A stretch of DNA of 64,000 nucleotides from the NCBI GenBank assembly GCA_037447605.1, contig CM074809.1:3896689-3960688 (forward strand), written 5' to 3'. Under the pieces are notes generated by a model. It was not told where the DNA came from and did no database searches. It worked only from the letters and a program-made list of their open reading frames with translations. The position numbers were made by a program, and so were the translations under genes. Below, piece after piece: positions 37,011 through 51,760 of this stretch. This stretch comes from Zygnema circumcarinatum SAG 698-1b. Taxonomy: Eukaryota > Plantae > Zygnematophyceae. Positions within the stretch are counted from its first letter, which is position 1. Every line of letters starts with the position of its first letter.

Positions 37011-40000
37011 CTCTGCTCTCTCTCCTCTAGTCTTTCTCTCCTTTACTCTCTCTCCTCTGCTCATTCTCTCTCTCTCTTTTGCTCTCTCCTCTAGTCTCTC
37101 TCCTTTGCTCTCACTCTACTCTCTCTCTCTCCTTNNNNNNNNNNACTTTCTCTCTCCTCTATACTCTCTCCCCTCGGCTCTCGCTCCTTTGCTCTCTCTC
37201 TCTTCTCTCACCTTTGCTCTCTCCTGTGCTCTCTACTCTAGTCTCTCTCTCCTTTGCTCTCACTCTGCTCACTCTCTTTCTCTCCTTTGCTCTCTCTCTC
37301 GAACGTTGCGCTGATGTGTGAGAAGGAGAAAACGGGGGGGAATATCCAAAATGGGGGGGGGCGGGATATTTCAAAACAGGGGGCAGAATAGCCGAAATGG
37401 GAGGGTCGGATTTCAAAAAAACAGTGGCGGGATAACCAAAAAGGGGGGGCGGTATATAGTTCTCCAAAAAATATTGTGGATTTGACTCACTTTTGGAATA
37501 TTTTATTCAGGGCCACTGCGAGTCGTTGGTCGTAAAAATTGTTGAATCCGATGTGAAAATTTTTATCAGCCAAAACGAGATCGAAGGGATTGCAAAGGGA
37601 GACTGCTCCAGATAGAGGAGTCGCCTCACCTTCCTGGAAACTTCTCAAAATGTACTGAAATTAGAGGAAATTGGGGGTGAAAATGTGGACATGACATTCT
37701 CGAATTGGGTCCCATAAAGATTATATTTTCTGAACCCTTCTTGAAGAAAAAAGCCTACCAACTCTGACCATGCGTGAGATCCCTGAAAACACTTCTTGCT
37801 GTTTCACACTTCGGAATGAGTCAACTTGAAAAAAAAAAAAAGTTATTCATTTAAAAATATACCTAAAAAAAATAAATACTATTGTTCTTTATTGCAATAC
37901 TGTATTGTTTAAAAATTATTACTTACCTGTCCCAAGTACCGTACAAGTATGTTGGCTCCCAGAGACCACCCTGCCGCATAGAGCCGAGCCTTTGGTCGAA
38001 TCGAACTGACTCGTTTGACCACTTGGCGGAGGTCCTCTGTAAAGGAGGCAGAATAGAACTGCACGCAAGACGACAAAACTTCAAAACAAAATTGCTTCCA
38101 GAAATGATTACAAAAATAGCCTCACTCTCTCCTCCAAAGAAAGGCTTGTGAGAAATGTGCAGTTTTGAAGGCATTATTTTTGGTTTTGTCCCTTTTTTTT
38201 AAAGAAGTACAACTTTTTTACATGTAAAGCACTCCTAAAGCTTCAGTCCCGGAATATTTCAAGATATTTCCCCCTCCCCACTTTGGCTCCTTCCTTGTGA
38301 TTGGAGGAGGGGGGGGGGAAAGAAGTACAAAAGAAAAAAATAACAATTCTTACTAATTAAACAAAGAAGCAAAAGCAATTGAAGTGACATTTTTCCTTTT
38401 TTTTAGCACCTGTGGTGACGTCACCGGACTGTCCGCGCAGCCCCTGCTATTGAACACTGCCCCTCCCCACCCTCTCCCCCGGGCGGCAAGGATGACGTGG
38501 CGGACGTACGTGTCGTCGCTGCCACCTGTCAGCCCGGGCTGCATCGCAGGCCTCAGCGCGGGGCAGGAAAATGAAAAAAATAAATAAAGGCAAATGAGCT
38601 TGAAGTGGGAAAGAAGCCGTGGCGAAAGGTTTACTATGAAACTGGGCCGCGGGGTGTGAAGATAAGAGAGAAGAGGAAGAAGAGGTGGCATTGTTGCTTT
38701 GGTGGAGACTGAGAGGGGGCGAGGAAAAAGGGGGAGGGGGAGGGACAGGGAGCGGATGGGCGGGAGAGGGGCAGGGAGAGGGAGCGGGTGACAGGGAGAG
38801 CGGGAGGGAGAGGGAGGTTGAGGCAGCGGAAAAAAAGCGGCAAGGAGGCTGGCGGATGTGGAGAGGGAGTGTGCAAGGGCGAGAGGGAGTGCACGATGGA
38901 GAAGGCAAGTGCGAGAGATGGAGAGAGGAAGGAGCTAAAGAAAGTGTGTTAGAACTAAAGAAAGTGTAGCCATACTGTCCCGCTCCTTGTGCTGCTACCA
39001 TCCAGATTTTGGCTTTAGTGTAATTACCAAAAGGATAAGGAAGGGAGCATCTTCTGGCAAGGGTTGCTTCCAGAGCTCCATGTCTTCTCCCCCCACCGGC
39101 CAGTCAAGAGCAACAGTTCCTCCATCTGACATTCGAAGACATTCGCGTCGAAATGTCACTTTAGGCCTTTTCCGAAACACGGCGGCAAAAATGGTTTCAA
39201 AATGTCGATTCGTCATCCCTGCATAGGGTCTAGCACAGCGCAGGAATTGAAATAAGGAGAAGAATTTTTTTGAGAATTGGTGTTGAGCACTCCGTTTGGC
39301 TATTGTACCTGATCAATAAGGTTAACCGAAGCTTTCTTGAAGCAAAGTAAGTTGAAGGCAAGTGAAGAAACAAACCTTCCACAAAGTCAATCAAAATAAA
39401 GTAGAATCAAACAGACCCTTAATCCAGAAATTTCAATGGGAAGGTGGAAACTTTGATTCAGGGCTTCACGAAAGGAGACGAGCAAAAGACAGCTAAATGG
39501 GCAATACTTGTACGGCTTCTCCAGCAGAGGACGAAGCTTCCTCGAAAGCTCCTCGTTCATGGAGCCCTCTCCAAGTACGGTCTCCACTTTACTCTCCTCC
39601 TTCCACCCCAGAGTGTAAGCGAGAGTGAAAGACACCATAGCTGCAGTGAGAACTGCGAGGACGGGAGGAGGGAGAGGGAGGGAAGAAGAGGCAGAGGTTG
39701 TCAACCGGCAGCAATAAGGCGAGCGCGCTAGCGAGAGTGAAGGGCGAGTGCGAGAAAGAGAGAGAGATTGAGAGAACAAGCGGCAGGATCTGGAGAAGGA
39801 ACACACCGAAAAATGGGAGTGGAAGTGAGAGGTGAATGAGGAGAGGGAGGGAGAGGGAGGTGCGAGAGAGCAGCAAGACGGCTTGGATGAGTTCAGAGTG
39901 GTTCGAGAGAGAGGGTGTGCATCAGAAGCTATGTGTGATGGAGATAAGGAGAGCCTCCGGCACCCATGGAGGGCTGCGGGAGAGAGGGAGAGAGGAGGGA

Positions 40001-40049
40001 GAGCAGCTGCCGCTCTCCGCAGAGGGAGAGGGGCGCAGGGAGGCGCCAT
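34781..40049 (-). CDS. ABHD1/ABHD3-family alpha/beta hydrolase (EMB8-like)
   Basis: NRHFETIFA; DGGTVALDW; PGLTGGSDDTYVRH; VFNSRGC; FYSASFTEDL; nucleophile AAGWSLGAN; acid AKDDPI; histidine GGHLGW. Stop at 34781; start uncertain. Confidence 0.92.
36631..37465. mobile_element. Non-autonomous MULE-like element in an ABHD intron, carrying a CT microsatellite
   Basis: TIR GGAGAACTATATACCGCCCCC...CCCATTTCGGCTATTCTGCCCCC and its reverse complement ending at 37465. AAAAAATA is duplicated on both flanks (8 bp). Two internal N gaps. Confidence 0.8.
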
Positions 40050-40917
40050 GTGGCAGAGAGAGAGAGGAGTGGAAGGGGAACCGTTGACAAGGCGCACTAG
40101 AGTTTCGTATCGTATCGTATCGTTTTATACCTTAAAGTCGTTTCGTATTGTATATCACGATACGATAAATTGAAATATCGGAAAAGAAATTCGGTGCGGT
40201 ACAAAGGGAAATCGAAAAAGGGTAAAAAGTGAACTCAAAACAAATGGTCGAGGATGCCATCGGCTGCCACGGCAGGAATACCACTGGCTGTCGTTTTGGG
40301 ACGCCACGTGGATGCTGAATGCCATACCTCCCACGTGGCGTTTCAAAGCACCAATGACGGGTCGCCAAGCAAGGAAACGCGACGCCAAATCAGGGTTTGG
40401 CACGTGACGTGGCACACTATGATTGGTTAATAGTAGGCGCATTTGTCCGCTCAATGGAATTTCGCCCCAGAGGAGCCATAGGTTAGAGCTGGGGGCTAGA
40501 CGTAGGGGCCTTTCAGGTGTAAGTGATTTGGATCAGGCAGGTGACTGCAAAGCATTGTGCTGTGAGCGATTATTGCATTGCTTAAGCTGATGTGATTTGC
40601 ATTTGAATACATTTTTACTTGTAATTCTAAATCATTATCTACAATCGGATAAGCAATTCTGAAGGTGTGATGTTCATGAGACAGCAATGCTTCCGTAGAC
40701 GCACTGTTTGTATTGCCCAAGACGCTGGACCGGCGTGGCCTGCCATGTTTCAGCGTTTAGATCGTAATTTTGATTTCAGCATGTGCGAGATTACATCAAC
40801 AAAGTTGAAGCACATCAGCAAAAGAGTCGAAGAAAGGTGGAACAATGGGCGTTTTAGGCACGTCCTCTCAGGATTTCAGATTTTTGAACAGTGGTTACAC
40901 ACAAAACACGCCCGGTC

Positions 40918-43900
40918 TTACTTCCTCATCTGAGTGAAAAGGGCCGACTGGTCGGACGGCCTGGAAGAGCTGAGACCGTCAACCGCCCCGACGCCCCCGG
41001 AGGGCAGGCTGGCAGAAAAAGGGATTAAAAAGCTCCCACCATAACCGCCAAAGGGTCCAAACCCTCCACCCGAGGCAGATGCTGCAACTGCAGCAAAACC
41101 ACTGCCTGTGGCTGCATTGGCAAATCCGCCTGTAAAATAGCACATTGCGGTTGGTTAAGCATGACTGTGACAGAAGAGAGGAGAGGAGGGAGGGAGGGAG
41201 GAGACAAAAAGGGGAGGAGGAAGGAGGGGGAGGGGGAGGGGAAGGGGTGAGGGGAGGGGGAGGGGGAGGGGGAGGGGAGGGGGAGGGGAGGGGGAGGGGG
41301 AGGGGAGGGGAGGGGGAGGGGAGGGGGAGGGGGAGGGGAGGGGAGGGGGAGGGGGAGGGGAAGGGGAGGGGAGGGGAGGGGGGAGGGGGAGGGGAGGGGA
41401 GGGGAGGGGGAGGGGGAGGGGAGGGGAGGGGGAGGGGGAGGGGAGGGGAGGGGGAGGGGAGGGGAGGGGGAGGGGGAGGGGAGGGGAGGGGAGGGGGAGG
41501 GGAGGGGAGGGGGAGGGGGAGGGGAGGGGAGGGGAGGGGAGGGGAGGGGGAGGGGAAGGGGAGGGGGAGGGGAGGGGGAGGGGAGGGGAGGAGGGGAGGG
41601 GAGGGAGGACGGAAAGGGGAGTGGTTGACGCGGGGGGGGAGGGGGGATGGAGGTAGGAATGAGGGAAGCGAGGGATGAGAAAGCTATCACTGACGGTTCA
41701 GAGGTCGTACCTGACGTCGCAGAAGAAATGGCTGAAGCAGAACTCGCACCCCCAAATCCCACTCCAAGGGGACTTGACATCCCAAAGCCTCCCAAAGTTC
41801 GAGTCTGTCCGAAGGTTCCTAATGAGGACCCTAAAGACTGCCCCGCGCCCGAAGGCCCCGCTATTACATTTGGTTGCCCAAACCCTCCTACCGCCCCTAA
41901 CTGTGGAGGGGCTCCAAATGGCGAAGGTTGCCCAAAGCTCGAAGCTGTTGGGGTCATAAAGGTAGAAGGTCCCGTGGTAGTTGTCGACCCGAAAGGGGAC
42001 CCTCCACCTCCAGCATTTCCGAATGCACTGCCTGAAAGAGAGGCTGGGGGTTGTGCTGAGGTTAAGGAGAAGGAAGCCGGTCTAAGGGATACTGGAAGAG
42101 TTGAGTGGGTGGTTACAGATTGCATTCCAGTTGCACCCCCGAAGAGATTGCGGCTCTCGAATTGGTTAGCTTGGGGTCGACCGCTCCCTAATTCAAGCCC
42201 TGCGAAAGCTCCAAATCCGAAAGGAGAGGTGCTGGAGACCCCTTGCGTATACTCCACCTCCTCCTCCATGTCCTCGTCATTGTCTGAAGCGAGGCCGGGC
42301 GGGAGGACGAAGCCTTTCTGCTGATTTGAGGGGTTCTGTTCTGTAAGTGGAGCAGAACTTAAGGTGGAGTTCGAGCTCGCTGCAAAAGGAGAATCAGACG
42401 TCTCAATGCCCCCAGATAGAAATGTGCTCAAACTTTGTGGGGTCGAAAAAGAGGATGGAGGAGGGGAGGGGGGAAAGACAGTGGGAGTGAAGTAAATTCG
42501 CTGAGGGGAAGGAGTAGCAGGAGATGAGTTGGATGGAGAGGTTTGCTGGCGAGAGGACCCGAAAGGACCAAAAGAGGCCTGAGGAGTGGTGAGGGGGGTG
42601 AAAGGAGGGACTGAAGGTGAGGGAGAAGTGGCCGCAGAGGGAGAAGCGGGAGAAGAGAGAGAGGTCGTCATAGGAGAGGAGCTTCCTGCTTTAACATCAG
42701 CCGCGGGAAAGGATGAAATAGTATTCGTGGCTGCAGAGGTTGCAAGAGAACTTGATGGATGGCCTACAACTGACACCAATGGCGAAACCCTTTCCTCTTT
42801 CTTTTCCGATGTCACGTCACTTGAGGGAGCAGGAGTCTCCTCTCTCACAACCTTGTCGCCACTAGATGCCTCTTTGACGGCCTCCACGCTCGTTTTTCTC
42901 ACCGCTTCTTGTCCTTCTGCTGCCTCCTCATTTGTTCCCTCTCTGCGATCATCCCCTGCTTGTTTTGCCTGCTCTGCTTCTCCCACCTTCTGCTTGTCTA
43001 TCTCTTCCTGTTCCGCTTCTCCAGCTTCTTGCTTTGAGGCCTTCTTTCCTGTATTTGAAGTCGCGTTCAAATCCTCCTTTGGCGACTCGTCATTCTTCAG
43101 TGCTGAAAGAGAGCCAGTAGAAGGACTTGTGGGACCAAACGCTTCTTGAGAGTGGTAGGAGGGGAAGGCAAAAGACGGAGGGGGCTGAGATATGCTGGAA
43201 GGTTTTCCTCCATAGAGGGAAGACGGAGATGGAGAAGTAGATGGATGAGTCTTTTGGGGAGGTGGATGATCCAACGGCGAAGTAGGCATTACAGAAGTAT
43301 TAAAACGCGATGACACTCCAAAAGGCGCTTGCTGCTGCGGTGCGTTAACGGTAGAAGGAGGAGGAGGAGAAAATGTAGGAGCAGGTGAAGGTATAGGTGA
43401 AGATTGAGCTTGAGATTGAGCTTGAGATTGAGCTTTACCAGCTCCAAAGGGAGTAGTAAACTTTGAATCCTGATCAGAGGTGGACCCCTTTGAGGAGGGT
43501 ATGGATGGCCCAAAAGGAGGGAAAGAGGCTTTGGTTGCATCAGAAAGAAGTGGCACCTTGTTTTCGCTAAGTGGATCAGCATGAGGCTTGCCATCTGTCA
43601 CGCTCTCATTGGTGCTCTGACCTACACTACCTGCTGCTCTTTGAAGTGCAGCTTGAGCGGCAGCCAACCTTGCGGGATACCGTGTTTGAATTCCTGAGGG
43701 AGGTTGCTCTCGAGAAATTTGTCCTGCATTTCCAAGGAGCAACTCAGGGTTTTCAGAGCACTACAAACTAGCCACAGAATTAACAAGATCAAATATAGCA
43801 ATTACCAGAACAAACGACATGAAAGTGATCAAAGAAGGTAGTTTAGGACTAGAAGTTCGAAATTTTAAAAGAAAGGAAGGATGGAGGGAGGGACAATGGC

Positions 43901-46900
43901 TAATGACTCTTAATTATACAACCAGTTCGTTTTTGGTGAGCATTTTTTACTTCCTTTCCTCTGTCCTATCACCTGAGCACATTCACACTAAGGATAGCGA
44001 TCACAAATACCTATGCTCGTTTACAGACGTCAGTTTATCTTCCAGATCATCACGATCTAATGAATAGCCCAGTGAAGAGTGCCTTCTAAATTATCAAACA
44101 AATAAACAAACAGCAGTGTTCCCTCAATTGCTAAAATCTTGATGGAGGTCCTAGCTTGCAATGCCTGATAGTGGGGTTCCAAATCGGATATACTGACACA
44201 GACATAGGGAGCAGTGAAATCGCATTGGGAGGAAGGAGAGAGGGAGGGAAAGGCAATGTACGAACCTTCTCCAGGCTTTATCTTACTTCCGCTGCTGACA
44301 GGGGTCGTGGCTCCAAATACGCTGCCTGATAGTCTCTCCTTTTCGGATCCACTAACAGAGAAAGGTGCAGAAGATGAAAAAGAGGTAACGGAAGGACTTT
44401 TCTTTGAAGATTCAGATGAGGTTGGGCCAAAGGAACGAACGGATTCATGGACTGCCTGTTGCTGATCCAACCTGTGGGTAACTTCAAACTGTGAACGTTC
44501 TGCTTTACTACCGTTGATGGTATTGTCGACTTTAGCACTGTCGTTCTGAGCTCCAACAAGGCCCTTAGGAGAAACTTCTTCGATTTTTTTCACTGATGCA
44601 GAGCTTGGGAAAGCACCCTTTGACGAGATAGCAAAATCTCCTCCTTTAGGAGCTTCCATGGCGAGAGAAAGGGATGAAGGTTCTGCTTTTCTGCTATCCA
44701 CCGTTTTCTTACCAACTGAATATCGCTCTTTAGCACTCGTACTAAGCCCAACATTGCCGGTTGTCATACCCTGCTCCATTGTTAAGGGTGCTGAAGCCAC
44801 TCGTCTAGCAAGCCTTGGCTGCAACTTCTCATCTTCCTTTTGTTGATTTTGTGAAGGAGTTGCTGATAGCAACTTGCTTCTTGAAAGAAGACGTCGACCT
44901 TGCTCCGGTTTTGAAGCCATGTTCGCAGCAGGAGGAGGAGGAGGAGGTGCTTTTCGTTCGATTCTGGTTACTTTAATTTCCCGATTGGCCCAAGCCTGGA
45001 ATTCATTGGGAAGAAAATCAGGGTCCTCTGTATGCAAAAAATAGAAGATGCTGAAAGGCACAAATGTATAACAACAGAATGAACGTAAATATGAAAATAT
45101 CCACTACCCTAAGGCGTTGAATATTTCGTTCTCACCTTAAGAAGCGCTTCAGGGTGCCTTCTATCTGTTGCTTCCTGCCTCTGTTTCCCTCCGTAAGCAG
45201 TTCCCTCGGCCAAACCTGCTCCCTCTCCCTCCTCCTCACGCTTCCTGTGTGCCTTCCTTCCCCTTCCACTTGTGCTAGCTACTCTCTCTTCATGCTGCCG
45301 AGGTGAGAGAGGCCTCCTATTGCTCCCTTCACTCTCTTCGTCGAGATCAACGAAAAGCTCCTCCTCAGATATTCCTAGAGGTCGACTGCTACGTTTTCCT
45401 CCCAAAGGAGAGGGGGCCTTCCCTGTGCTACTTGGGACTGCCTTTCTCCCTGGAGAATGTTTTGGGGGAACATGCAGAGCTGATAAAATTGAATGTACAC
45501 GTGCTTCCAGCCTTGCTGCTGCTGCTAACTGAGCATTGATGATGCTGTATAGGTGCTGCACTTCTTCAGCTTGGCTGGCCATAGTCATTCCGTACAACAA
45601 CAAAAAAGTGTCAGCCACCATAATAACGCAGATCTCAAAGAAGCACGCCAACACTCTATCTATGATGCAGGAGTCAAACAAAGTGACCTGCCCTTAAACA
45701 TTTCTCCAATAAATCATATCCACACTAGTCTCCTCCTCTAAGTCTCCCACTGTCGTACGACTTGCCACCAAATACGCAAATGGGTGGCCCAGCATACCTT
45801 AAAAGGCTCCCACGATAATTATCAACGAGTAGGAAAATCAACAGGGGGACGGAGAAGGAGGGAGGGTGGAGAAGGAGGGGGGGAATTGGGTGGTTTAGGG
45901 GGTTGGTGGGGTTCGTACCTTGTTCGTAACACAGAACTTCTGGGAAGAGGTGAAGTTGAGTCTCCCCTCCGACAATGCCGACTCAGCTCAAGGGACTGGA
46001 GATGCTCCTGGAGATCGGAAGTGGCTGCCTTCACTGCCTCGCAGCTGCTGAGTATGCGTTCGCGCTCACTCTTCATGGCGGGAGGGAGAGGTTGCATCTC
46101 CAGCAGCAAGCGAGCACCGGGATCTGCTGCACTCCTGAGACGGCTCTGCAAGTGTTGAAGAGAGTTGTCGACTGCAGGAAAGAGGGAACGAGAGAAGAGG
46201 CAGGTGGGAGAGGAGAATTTGGAAAGAGGAGAGTGGGTCAGAGAGAAGAGAAGAGGGGCGAAAGCAAGAGGGGAAGCAAGGAGTGTGGGACGGAGGACGA
46301 CAAGTGAGAGAGAGGGAGCACGAGAGAGAGAGAAAGAAAACGAAAGAGAGAGAGACAGAGATGAGAAGCTCGTCGCATTTATTGCCGATTCAAGGATGCA
46401 CTGAGCATGCAAAACGAGCTTCACACAGCAGTCGATGAAGAAGCCTAGTCTTCAAACAGAAGACTTTGCTGCCAACCCACGATGATTCCTTATTCCCTAC
46501 CTTTCAACACCTTTATGTGGAAGTCCCCCAATTGCTCCTTCGCTTCATGCACTTGCTCCCGGAATACCCTTAAATCCCCTTCGAGAACTGATAGTCCTTG
46601 CTCTTCGTCTTCCACACACAACCGCGTGAAGCTCTGCAGCTGCTTCTCTACTCCTCCCTCCTCCACATTCTCTACACCCTTTGCAGGTGCCAGCTTGGAA
46701 CCCTTCCTTTCATTCCGCTCAATGAATTCCATTAGTTTGTCAACCTCTCTGCCCATCATTCTAACCTTCTCTAGTTCCTGAATGAAATTTGCTTCAGTGA
46801 AATTGGCTTCGGCATCCGAGCCAACCGGGCCTGCAGCTGCTTTTTGAGCGGACTGTAACGCTATAGGAGACCCAAAGTTCAGCACAGGGCGGGCAGGAGA

Positions 46901-49900
46901 CACGGGGGAAGGAGAAAAGATGGGAGAGGATCGTCTTGGCGGGAGAGGTTGAAAGGTTGAGAAAGTTGAAGTCTGGAATGCTTTCTCCTCGGGTTCATCA
47001 ATTGAAACTGCATCCACTTCACTGGTTTCGAATTCTTCCAATGATTCTAACTCTACGACTGGTTTTAATTCGCTCTCTTCGTCCGAATCTTCCGCCACAG
47101 CAACACTCCTACGACGAATTCCTAAAGAATGTATAGAAGTGGTTACATCAGATACGAGTGGAGCATTTGCCCGAGCGTGAGAGGAGTCTCCTTTTGCCTG
47201 TAAGTGTGAGGCCTGCTGAGAAAAAGAGAGCTCAGATATCGCAGAAAAAGGTTTTTCTTCTAAACCTTGCTGAGGTGCATGAGTGGAGCGGAAGATGCCT
47301 TGGTCCGAGGAAGTTGAGAATATAGAGGAGCTCCTACTAACCTGCTTATTCAAGAAACTCAGCGGACCTTCTGCCATTCTAGTCTGAGTCTGAAGACTCG
47401 CCTCCCGCAATTTCTTGGAAGGAGAAGAAGGACGGGGAGGAAAGTGCTGCTCCAGATTCATAGTACCGGCGGTGGATTGCTTCTCGATGCCAATTTGACT
47501 AGAGGAGAAGGATGAAGGTGAAGGAGGTGGGGCTTCAAATGAGTCAGTAGATTTAGATGCTTCAGAACTCCCAAATCCTCCAACTCCTGGTCTAGCTGAC
47601 AACATGAAGGGTGAAAGGGGACCCGTATTGGAGCCCAGCTTCGCCGCTCCCATCATTCCACGCAATTCTGCTGAAACTGAAGATGCTGAGAAGAAGTTAG
47701 ACTGCGCATCTGCACCAGTCCCTCCTTCCTTACTCATTGAAAATGCTGGAAAGGAAGGAGTGCTTCCTTCAACTGTGCTGCCGAATGAGAGTGAAGTAGA
47801 GGATGACTGAGAAGGGAATTTCCCAAAAAAATTCAAACTGGCAACTTTAGGCTTTCCATCTTGGGCAAGGGATAATCCTAATCCACTTGAGGCTGCCTCT
47901 TTTGGGACAATCTTTTCGAGTGGGACTTCATTTCCTATCACCAAGCTGCCAGTCAGGTTTGTACGATCACTGATTGTTGACCCCATCAGCTCCCTCCCAC
48001 CCATTTTTAATTGGATACTTTGTACTTTCTCCACTGTCTTCCTTTCCGGTATCTCCACAACGCTATCTGATGAAGTCTCGGCGGCCTTAGAGGGCTCTCT
48101 ACGAAGCCCTTCCGCTTGAATCCCTTGCCCTGCTCCAAAGCTTACTCTTTGCATTGCTATGGGAGTTGCAGATGGTTTTGATTTTTCTGAAGGCATAGCT
48201 CGAGGAGGAGGCAGAGGTATGGAGGGCTTGATGAAATCTGAAGGCGCACAATCCAACCTGCAAAAGAGTACATTCTCAAATGTCAACAGTCCGTGTCTAA
48301 TCATCGTGTTGATGAACAATATACAAACATGTGCAATATACAAGCATGTACAACGTTTTGTGGGAGACGTGTGTATGGTCGAACCTGGCAAATTGATAAA
48401 TGCAAAGCTTGCCCTCCAAAGTGAAGCAGAGCAGCATAGGGGAGGGGGGCAATTGCTGCTCTCCGCTATCATCTCGGGGGTCCGGCAGTCTCCTCTCCGG
48501 AACACTACAGGAAAGGCGGAGTCCCATGATCGCGTTTTCACCACCTCCATTAGCTGCACATTCAAAACGCATCGTTCCAATATGTTCAAGGAGTTTCTCG
48601 CATTTTTTATCCGCTTTCCAGCTTCTGCTTCTGGGGATTTTTTGAACAGAGTGTGGCAAACAAACTATAAGAGAAGCTCCCTCGATGGCTTTTCGAACAT
48701 TCCTTGGCTCGTACTCCCGTAATGCCTATGGTAATTGAACCTTAAAAGTAAACACTAAGATTGATCGCTTCAGATGCAGTTATCACAACAAAATAAAAAG
48801 CTGATATCGTACACAGCATCCGACGAAACGGACACGGTACAAGTGAACAGCGAACAAGAGACAAGGAAAGAGAGAGAGCAGCGAACAGAGAACATATAAT
48901 CGCTACGTCAGAACCGATTACACTACGAAGCCCCAACCCTTGTCAAGCACTAAACTCTCTTGCTTTGCCTTCGACAGAGGATAATACCTTTGAGTTCAAT
49001 TCGGGGAATCCACTTATCGTTACTAATCTCCAAAGGCACCACTTTTCCCGGACCATCCTCTCCTTCATCAGGAGCGAGCCATTGCAGTACATTGATATGG
49101 TCATCCACACTCCTACTGCTTCCCACAATAGCAATATCCCTGATATCCAGAAAAGGCACATTACCCACAGAAGAGTTGGGGGTTTGGGAGGGGGGGAGGG
49201 GGGGGAATGAGACAGTGGAGTCACAGGCCTATCACATCTATGTATCACTACAATAGCTATCACACAGCAAGTTCAATGTGGAAAAAACTTAGGAATCTGA
49301 ATTCTCTGATGAGGCCAAACCTATATATTAGGCTAAATGCAATCTTAAACATAGGGCGTGTTTTTAACGCCATTCGAATTGACAATTGAAGGATCTAAAT
49401 GAATCTGCCATGCATTGTGCAAGCCTCGTTTCGTTAAGTTATATGCGTAAAAGGAACAGTTGAAATACAACTGCGGTAACGTTGATATTCTCACCATGGC
49501 TTGACGATGTCCACTCGCATTGCACCTGGCTTCATATCTTCCGAAATGCTTGGGAACACTCCTCTTGGCGCAAACAAGCGCTTTTTTGACGACTCCTGCA
49601 GCTAGGAGAAGAAGGCCATGAGTAACAAAATATCTCAACCTCACAAGTCCTAACTGACAATCCTCAACAGTTTCACAAAGTCAACGACTGTGTTTTGAGC
49701 TCAATCCACAGCTCGGAATAAGTCGTAACAAACAAAACTGTCCTCTGGCTCTGTTAAAAAAGATTCAAGTAGAAGCTTCTGTGCAAACCTTGAAAGTCCT
49801 AATTTTCCTTCCTTCACTTAGCAGGGCACTTCTGAGTCATCAGAATATAACGGAGAGGACTCAAAGGGCTGATACAATCTCTGATATAATAGGGTGTTAC

Positions 49901-51760
49901 GTTCGGAAGCTTCCATCTTGTTACATCTGATAGATTTTTTTACCTTATGAAGACCTTCTTGAGTTGATCTGATGATGATGAGTGGCGAGAACAGCTCATC
50001 ATCCTGCATATATTCACACTCGACTAATAGGCTGTCCTCACGGATCCAACAAGTAGAAACAACTGCAGGCAACAGCATTCGCAAAACACTAAGATTCAGA
50101 TAGAGAACTGACAAAGATTGACATCGCTACGCAATCTGGCGGAAAAGACATTGAAAAGGACGTTTTTCAACAGCGCAAAAGAGGAAAACCCAAGCATTCA
50201 AATAAAAAAGAAACGAATCCAGCAATGCAATCCAATACAATACAATTACATCTTGGTTCGAAAACGTCCGGCAGTGGATGATCAGATTATCAATAGAATA
50301 CCACTAACCACGACAGCTGCCTGGAAATAGAAATAGCGAGTGCCTGCCTCAAAATCACTTCATAAGCTTCTGACTCGTAGTCAGATAATATCATGCGGAG
50401 CAACAGGATAGCACACTGACCAGAAAATTGAGTGTCCGAATCCATATCAGGCAACTTCCGTGGAATTTGAAGTTGGTACAAAGGTGAAAATTGGGACGTA
50501 ACGAATTCCACAGACCCATTGGCGGTAATCCATGCAGCATGGTGGCCATCTGGACTCCATGACACTGCTTTCCCACCCCATGTACAGCTATTAGAATGGA
50601 CGACACGTGGTTATTCAAATCGTAGGCACAACTACAATAGATGAGTAATTAGAATCGCGCATCATCAATTTGATTTTCTGCGTTTCCTATGAGGACCGAC
50701 TTTTGCAGAAAGCAATTGACATGGGATGAACTCTACAGGAATCAGCAGCTACCTGTCTTCCTGCCCAGTGAGACAGGTGCGAAAAAACCTTCTCCAATCC
50801 TTCCCGGAAATACAGTTCCCTCCGTAGTCAGGAGCAAGTAGGAAGTTGGATCTGAAGGAGACCAATGAAATTCGGCCACTTCACCCTCAGATACCTCTCT
50901 CTTCTCATACTGACAACATGACTCCTGCGGGGGGGGGGGGAAGGGGAAGAGTTTCAGAGGATGCAGCCGTCTTGAACGGAGAAGAAAAAACTTGTTCGAG
51001 ATTGCTCATCACTACTGAACAGAGACGAGCCTCACTTCAACAATGTAAGGTAAACAAAAAAAAGCAAGGAAGCAACAATTCGAAGCGTTTCGAAATAGCC
51101 AGCTCCGATATTATTCTAAAACAAGTCGAGGATGCAATTGAGGATTCAAGGTGACAATGCTTTTCAGAGTTTCTTACTCCACTGAAGAGGGAAGGAACGT
51201 CGTAAAAGAGAAGCTCCTTTCCAGCGAGAACAGCAAGAGAAAGGTCATCGCAGGAGAGCGCTAAAATTTTAACTCCTTGCAAGGAAACCCTAATAATGTC
51301 GGATGTGTCGCTCAGAATGTAAGACGAGTCTGCACTTGTCCCTTTCACTTCGTCTGATGCACGCAGTAGCGTTGAAGTCTTTGCTGCATAAAATCCTGCA
51401 ACATGATATTCATACCCAGCCGGAGGCCCTCCTCCACGGTCATCTCATCTCCTCCTCACTTGCAGCAGAAGCAGAGCAGATAAACCCGGAATAGGCTGTG
51501 TACGCATATAAATACGAGCATGGGAAGAGTAGGGGCGGAGTAATAAAAAAGGCCTTGACAAAGCTTCCAAGAAAACACGAACCTTGCGTGTCTCCAAAGA
51601 TGGTGACGCCATAGGTATTGGAGACTGTAAGCAGAAGGCTGTGCGCAAGAGGACCATCATCCTCCTCCAAAGCTTCCGCTTTATTCGCTGCAACTTGCTC
51701 TCCAATGCGCTTGAAAAGAAGGAAGTCAGCCTCTGCGCTCTCCACCTCCACCACATCCAT
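40918..51760 (-). CDS. NUP214: Nuclear pore complex protein NUP214 (beta-propeller, coiled coil, Ser/Pro-rich FG region)
   Basis: GCCATGG start. MDVVEVESAEADFLLFKRIGE...LLTVSNTYG; MPPPMLLCFTLEGKL-type propeller end; coiled-coil exons; FG repeats (SSPFGFGAF, SFGQPSPFG, TFGQTRTLGGFG); plant-type C-terminus SALFTQMRK* (40918). Confidence 0.9.
41160..41645 (+). repeat. (GGGGA)n G-run tract in the last NUP214 intron
   Basis: About 480 bp composed almost entirely of G3-G5 runs separated by single A. Confidence 0.95.

Noticed and set aside
36860-37320. Leu/Ser-rich ORFs resembling membrane proteins
   Set aside because: They translate the CT microsatellite cargo of the MULE-like element.
41145-41678. 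Gly/Glu-rich ORF and the Pro-rich tail of ORF 41025-43742
   Set aside because: These are translations of the intronic (GGGGA)n tract; NUP214 splices around it.
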